Shown here: in pieces, positions 57,390-60,573 of the stretch
How the letters are laid out: each line of letters starts with the position of its first letter
Numbering within the stretch: position 1 is the first letter of the stretch
Virus record (IMG/VR): IMGVR_UViG_3300042889_001694
Coordinates: 1-60,573 of that record
DNA: 60,573 nt
Strand: one strand, 5' to 3'
From: a virus
Lineage: Duplodnaviria; Caudoviricetes
Notes under the pieces: generated by a model
Databases searched by the model: none
Seen by the model: the letters and a program-made list of their open reading frames with translations, nothing else
What the model was told of the DNA's origin: nothing
Translations under genes and position numbers: made by a program

Positions 57390-58067
57390 ATGTCATACAA
57401 CAAAACAAAATGCGACCCTGATTTGGGTCAACGTGTACACGAACACTTGGTCAAGTGTGGTGTTGAAACTCCAACATTTCAGCACAGTGTTGATCGCAAA
57501 GACAAGATCGACTTGATTGAAAAAGACTTCAAGCACATCATGGAAGTCTTGGGATTGGACTTGAACGACGATAGTCTAATGGATACACCCAAGCGTGTGG
57601 CCAAGATGTATGTGAATGAAATCTTCTGGGGACTTGACTACGAAGCGTTTCCCAAATGCACCACGGTAGACAACAAAATGAAGTACGACGAAATGGTAGT
57701 TGAACGCAATGTCAACGTGCAAAGCAATTGCGAACACCACTTTGTTGTGATCGACGGCTTGGCAACTGTGGGGTATATTCCCAAACAAAAAGTTCTTGGA
57801 CTAAGCAAAATCAATCGCATAGTTGAATATTTCAGCAAGCGTCCACAAATTCAGGAACGCTTGACCGAGCAAGTGTATCATGCCTTGCAATACATTCTTG
57901 AGACAGACAATATCGGCGTTGTGATTGATGCACAACACTATTGTGTAAAATCGCGTGGTGTAGAAGACACAGGCTCAAGCACAGTCACAAGCAAATTAGG
58001 CGGCGTATTCAAAACTGATCACAGTGTTCGTAGCGAATTCATGAACATTGTCAATAGCTGCCGCTAA
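57390..58067 (+). CDS. folE: GTP cyclohydrolase I
   Basis: 'DTPKRVAKM', 'SNCEHH', 'GLSKINRIV', 'RPQIQERLT', 'HYCVKSRGV'. Confidence 0.96.
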   Translation: MSYNKTKCDPDLGQRVHEHLVKCGVETPTFQHSVDRKDKIDLIEKDFKHIMEVLGLDLNDDSLMDTPKRVAKMYVNEIFWGLDYEAFPKCTTVDNKMKYDEMVVERNVNVQSNCEHHFVVIDGLATVGYIPKQKVLGLSKINRIVEYFSKRPQIQERLTEQVYHALQYILETDNIGVVIDAQHYCVKSRGVEDTGSSTVTSKLGGVFKTDHSVRSEFMNIVNSCR

Positions 58068-58076
58068 GGAGTAAGC

Positions 58077-58451
58077 ATGACTGATCTAGAACAGGCGCAA
58101 GCAAACAAGATTGCACCATGGGATGATTATGTTGTTGAGCATAGTGACTTTCATGTGGCTGTGTTTCGTGATCGTTATCCTGTAACATCTGGGCACTTGT
58201 TGTTCGTTCCAAGATACAACACACCCAGCGTTGTGCTTGATGCATTTGATTCTGCTTATCGCCATGGTTGCACAATGGTAGCCAACAACGAATGTGACGC
58301 ATTCAACATTGGATTTAACTGTGGTGTTGAAGCTGGACAAACAGTTATGTATCCGCACATACACCTGATGCCTAGACGCAAAGGCGATGTTGAAGATCCT
58401 GTGGGCGGCGTTCGGAATACCATACCGGGCAAGGGCAATTATAAAAAATGA
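58077..58451 (+). CDS. HIT-family nucleotide hydrolase
   Basis: 'DRYPVTSGHLLFVP', 'GQTVMYPHIHLMPRR.GD'; the first His of the triad is replaced by Tyr. Confidence 0.88.
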   Translation: MTDLEQAQANKIAPWDDYVVEHSDFHVAVFRDRYPVTSGHLLFVPRYNTPSVVLDAFDSAYRHGCTMVANNECDAFNIGFNCGVEAGQTVMYPHIHLMPRRKGDVEDPVGGVRNTIPGKGNYKK

Positions 58452-60463
58452 ACTTTTACTTGGTCACCAAGGATTCTTTGAAGAACAGAATGATGCCGGT
58501 ACTTTGGTGCTCGGCTAAAACTTACTACGAAGAACACGGCAAACGGGTCAACGAGTGGACTTGGTCGGATCCTTGGTTGGCTAACGATTGCACTGTTGAT
58601 GAAATTCTAGAAGTCTGCGCAGATGCACCACCCGACATATTGGGCTGTAGTGTGTATGTGTGGAACGTTGACTTCATGGAAGAACTTGCTCAACGAGTCA
58701 AACAACAATACCCCAATTGTCTGGTGGTGTTTGGTGGTCCACAAGTTGATATCAAGTACTCAGATGATTACTTTGTTAACAATCCCTGGGTTGATGTTGT
58801 TTGCCCCAGTGATGGGTACGGTGAAATCATTATCACAGCACTACTGGACCAACATCCAGTGGAGAACTTTAATAATATCCCGTATGTGTATTACACCAAC
58901 CAACAACGCGAAAAGTTGTTCAGCACAACCGAAATTGAAAAACGATCATTTGTCTGGCCTAACAATATATTTAAAGCACAAGAATCCACACTTGAGCAAC
59001 ACCCAATAGATGTTGCCATCTACGAGACCACTCGTGGGTGCCCTTACAAATGTATCTACTGTGACTGGGGTGGTGGAACATACAGTAAAATTTCCAAGAA
59101 GCCTTTTACCACTGTGCTAGACGAGTGGGAGTGGATGGCTTCTCACAAGATCAAGAATATCAGTATAGCCGATGCCAATTTTGGAATTATGGAGATTGAC
59201 TTGGCAATCACCGACCACATTGTGGACATGAAGCGCAAGTACGGTTATCCGGAAGGTGTTACCACAGAGTCTGCCAAGAATCATCTAGACCGTACAGTGA
59301 AAATTTATGAGAAATTTTTAGAAAACAAACTTGCATATTTTTATAAAATTGCAGTGCAAGCAGTTGATGAAAATATCAAGAACAACATTGAACGCATTGA
59401 CATCCCGTTTGATGAGCAAATCAAGTCCTTGAATTATCTAAGAAACAAGTATAAAGATATTTCGGTCAAGATTGAAACCATCATAGGCATGCCGGGCGAT
59501 AGTTACCAGCTGACTCTTGATCAGATTGATCGACATGCAGACAACAATATTCCTGTGTGCAAATCTGAAGTGTGGGCATTGCTACCAGAAGCTCCGGCGT
59601 ACAGTCCTGAGATGCGAGAGAAATTTCAGCTAAAAACTGTTAAAAAATTGTTTTTGTCTACGCCGCTAATTTTGAAAAACAATGCATTGCCGGATCCCGG
59701 AGTCAATTACTTCCAAGAAACCAACAGCAATCGAGTTGAGTATGTGGTTGGCACTTACAGCTACAGCGTTGATGATTTTGTTGACATGTTCATTGTTAAT
59801 GCACTGGCCAGTGCTGGTACTGCAACTGGTCTTGATCAACTGTGGAGTTATTTTTCACGTGAGCACAACATCAAAGCATCTGTGTTGGTTGACTTTATCT
59901 ACAAGCGGTTTGTTCTCAATTATGAGAATTTCAAAACCAAAGATCTTGCTGCCAACTTTGGCAATGCAGTTACCACACTGAAAAGATTTGTGCACGAGCC
60001 CAATTTCCAACAAAGTGCAATTGATTACCATCCAGACTTTCCACTCTTGATGCCACCGCACACGTACATACCTTTTGTGATTGGACTAAATGCGCAGGAA
60101 TTTTATCAAGAAATTTGCACAGCCATTGCAGATCAGTTTGGTGATGATCGTGTGATTGATTTAGGACACTACATTAGTCATCGATTGATGGATGTGGCGT
60201 ATAATTTTGATCATGGTCGTGTGTTCAAAACCAAATATAATTGGCATGACTACTTTGTCAATGCCTCCAAATTAACAGCTGGAGACTACACGTATCAAAC
60301 AAGCGATACTACCTTGATCATCAACCCACATAAAAATACCAGTGAGCTACCAAATTGGCACACTTACCCAAAAGATTCATTACAACAGAAAAAGCAATAC
60401 TATTACCAGTCGGTCACACGAATGTATGTGAGCAGACTTAGTGAGCGTATAAACTTGCTCTAA
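58448..60463 (+). CDS. B12-binding radical SAM enzyme
   Basis: 'SVYVWN', 'GGPQ' cobalamin-binding region; CxxxCxxC 'RGCPYKCIYCDW'; 'DANFG'; 'IIGMPGD'. Confidence 0.88.
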   Translation: MNFYLVTKDSLKNRMMPVLWCSAKTYYEEHGKRVNEWTWSDPWLANDCTVDEILEVCADAPPDILGCSVYVWNVDFMEELAQRVKQQYPNCLVVFGGPQVDIKYSDDYFVNNPWVDVVCPSDGYGEIIITALLDQHPVENFNNIPYVYYTNQQREKLFSTTEIEKRSFVWPNNIFKAQESTLEQHPIDVAIYETTRGCPYKCIYCDWGGGTYSKISKKPFTTVLDEWEWMASHKIKNISIADANFGIMEIDLAITDHIVDMKRKYGYPEGVTTESAKNHLDRTVKIYEKFLENKLAYFYKIAVQAVDENIKNNIERIDIPFDEQIKSLNYLRNKYKDISVKIETIIGMPGDSYQLTLDQIDRHADNNIPVCKSEVWALLPEAPAYSPEMREKFQLKTVKKLFLSTPLILKNNALPDPGVNYFQETNSNRVEYVVGTYSYSVDDFVDMFIVNALASAGTATGLDQLWSYFSREHNIKASVLVDFIYKRFVLNYENFKTKDLAANFGNAVTTLKRFVHEPNFQQSAIDYHPDFPLLMPPHTYIPFVIGLNAQEFYQEICTAIADQFGDDRVIDLGHYISHRLMDVAYNFDHGRVFKTKYNWHDYFVNASKLTAGDYTYQTSDTTLIINPHKNTSELPNWHTYPKDSLQQKKQYYYQSVTRMYVSRLSERINLL

Positions 60464-60479
60464 TAAATAATGATCCTAC

Positions 60480-60522
60480 AGCGGTCTTTCTGGCATTCAT
60501 CCCGCTTTACAAACTCTGCAAG
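60480..60522 (+). ncRNA. Candidate H-type pseudoknot leader
   Basis: AGCGG/CCGCU stem; loop CUGGCA pairs 5 of 6 with downstream UGCAAG; follows TAAATA at 60464. Confidence 0.35.
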
Positions 60523-60553
60523 CCTATGCTATAATTAACATAGGAGAAAAAGC

Positions 60554-60573
60554 ATGTCAACATTAAATCCCGT
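60554..60573 (+). CDS. Start of next gene (MSTLNP...), truncated by the window
   Basis: SD AGGAG; TGcTATAAT at 60527-60535 upstream. Confidence 0.6.

Noticed and set aside
1-60573. Stop-codon reassignment
   Set aside because: Known genes are full length in the standard code, and TAA, TGA and TAG all end genes at sensible positions.
1-60573. tRNA or rRNA genes, integrase, transposase
   Set aside because: None recognised by eye and intergenic gaps are short; tRNAscan-SE or ARAGORN would be needed to exclude tRNAs.

Overview
The window looks like a gene-dense piece of a large (jumbo or T4-like) dsDNA bacteriophage genome in the standard genetic code. A Bug/TctC solute-binding protein weakly suggests a betaproteobacterial host. 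Left to right it holds: (i) phoH and a putative tailoring operon (SAM methyltransferase, ferritin-like diiron protein, C26 amidotransferase, Bug SBP, P-loop/sulfotransferase-like proteins, APS-kinase fusion, SGNH-like paralogs); (ii) a lysis cassette (GH19 endolysin, i-/o-spanin, holin); (iii) dnaJ-clpA; (iv) an ~11-kb block of probable internal head proteins; (v) ahcY, family-B DNA polymerase and a probable sliding clamp; (vi) a TGT/DpdA-like gene, QueD-like gene, glycosyltransferase and folE interleaved with nucleotide-sugar genes (RfbB, RfbH, aminotransferase, split TPP enzyme, FkbM, GalE), 2OG oxygenases and a B12-radical SAM enzyme. The most striking pattern is block (iv). Its genes share an N-terminal 'MRAxEF..E' leader like the T4 capsid-targeting sequence, and the large ones are polyproteins of unrelated modules joined by a 'GVAE|G' linker that is also conserved at DNA level, suggesting a shuffled, protease-released virion cargo system. 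Other candidates are a possibly glycosylated 7-deazaguanine DNA modification, two pseudoknotted RNAs and widespread leaderless transcripts. All calls come from motif recognition by eye; no database search was run.
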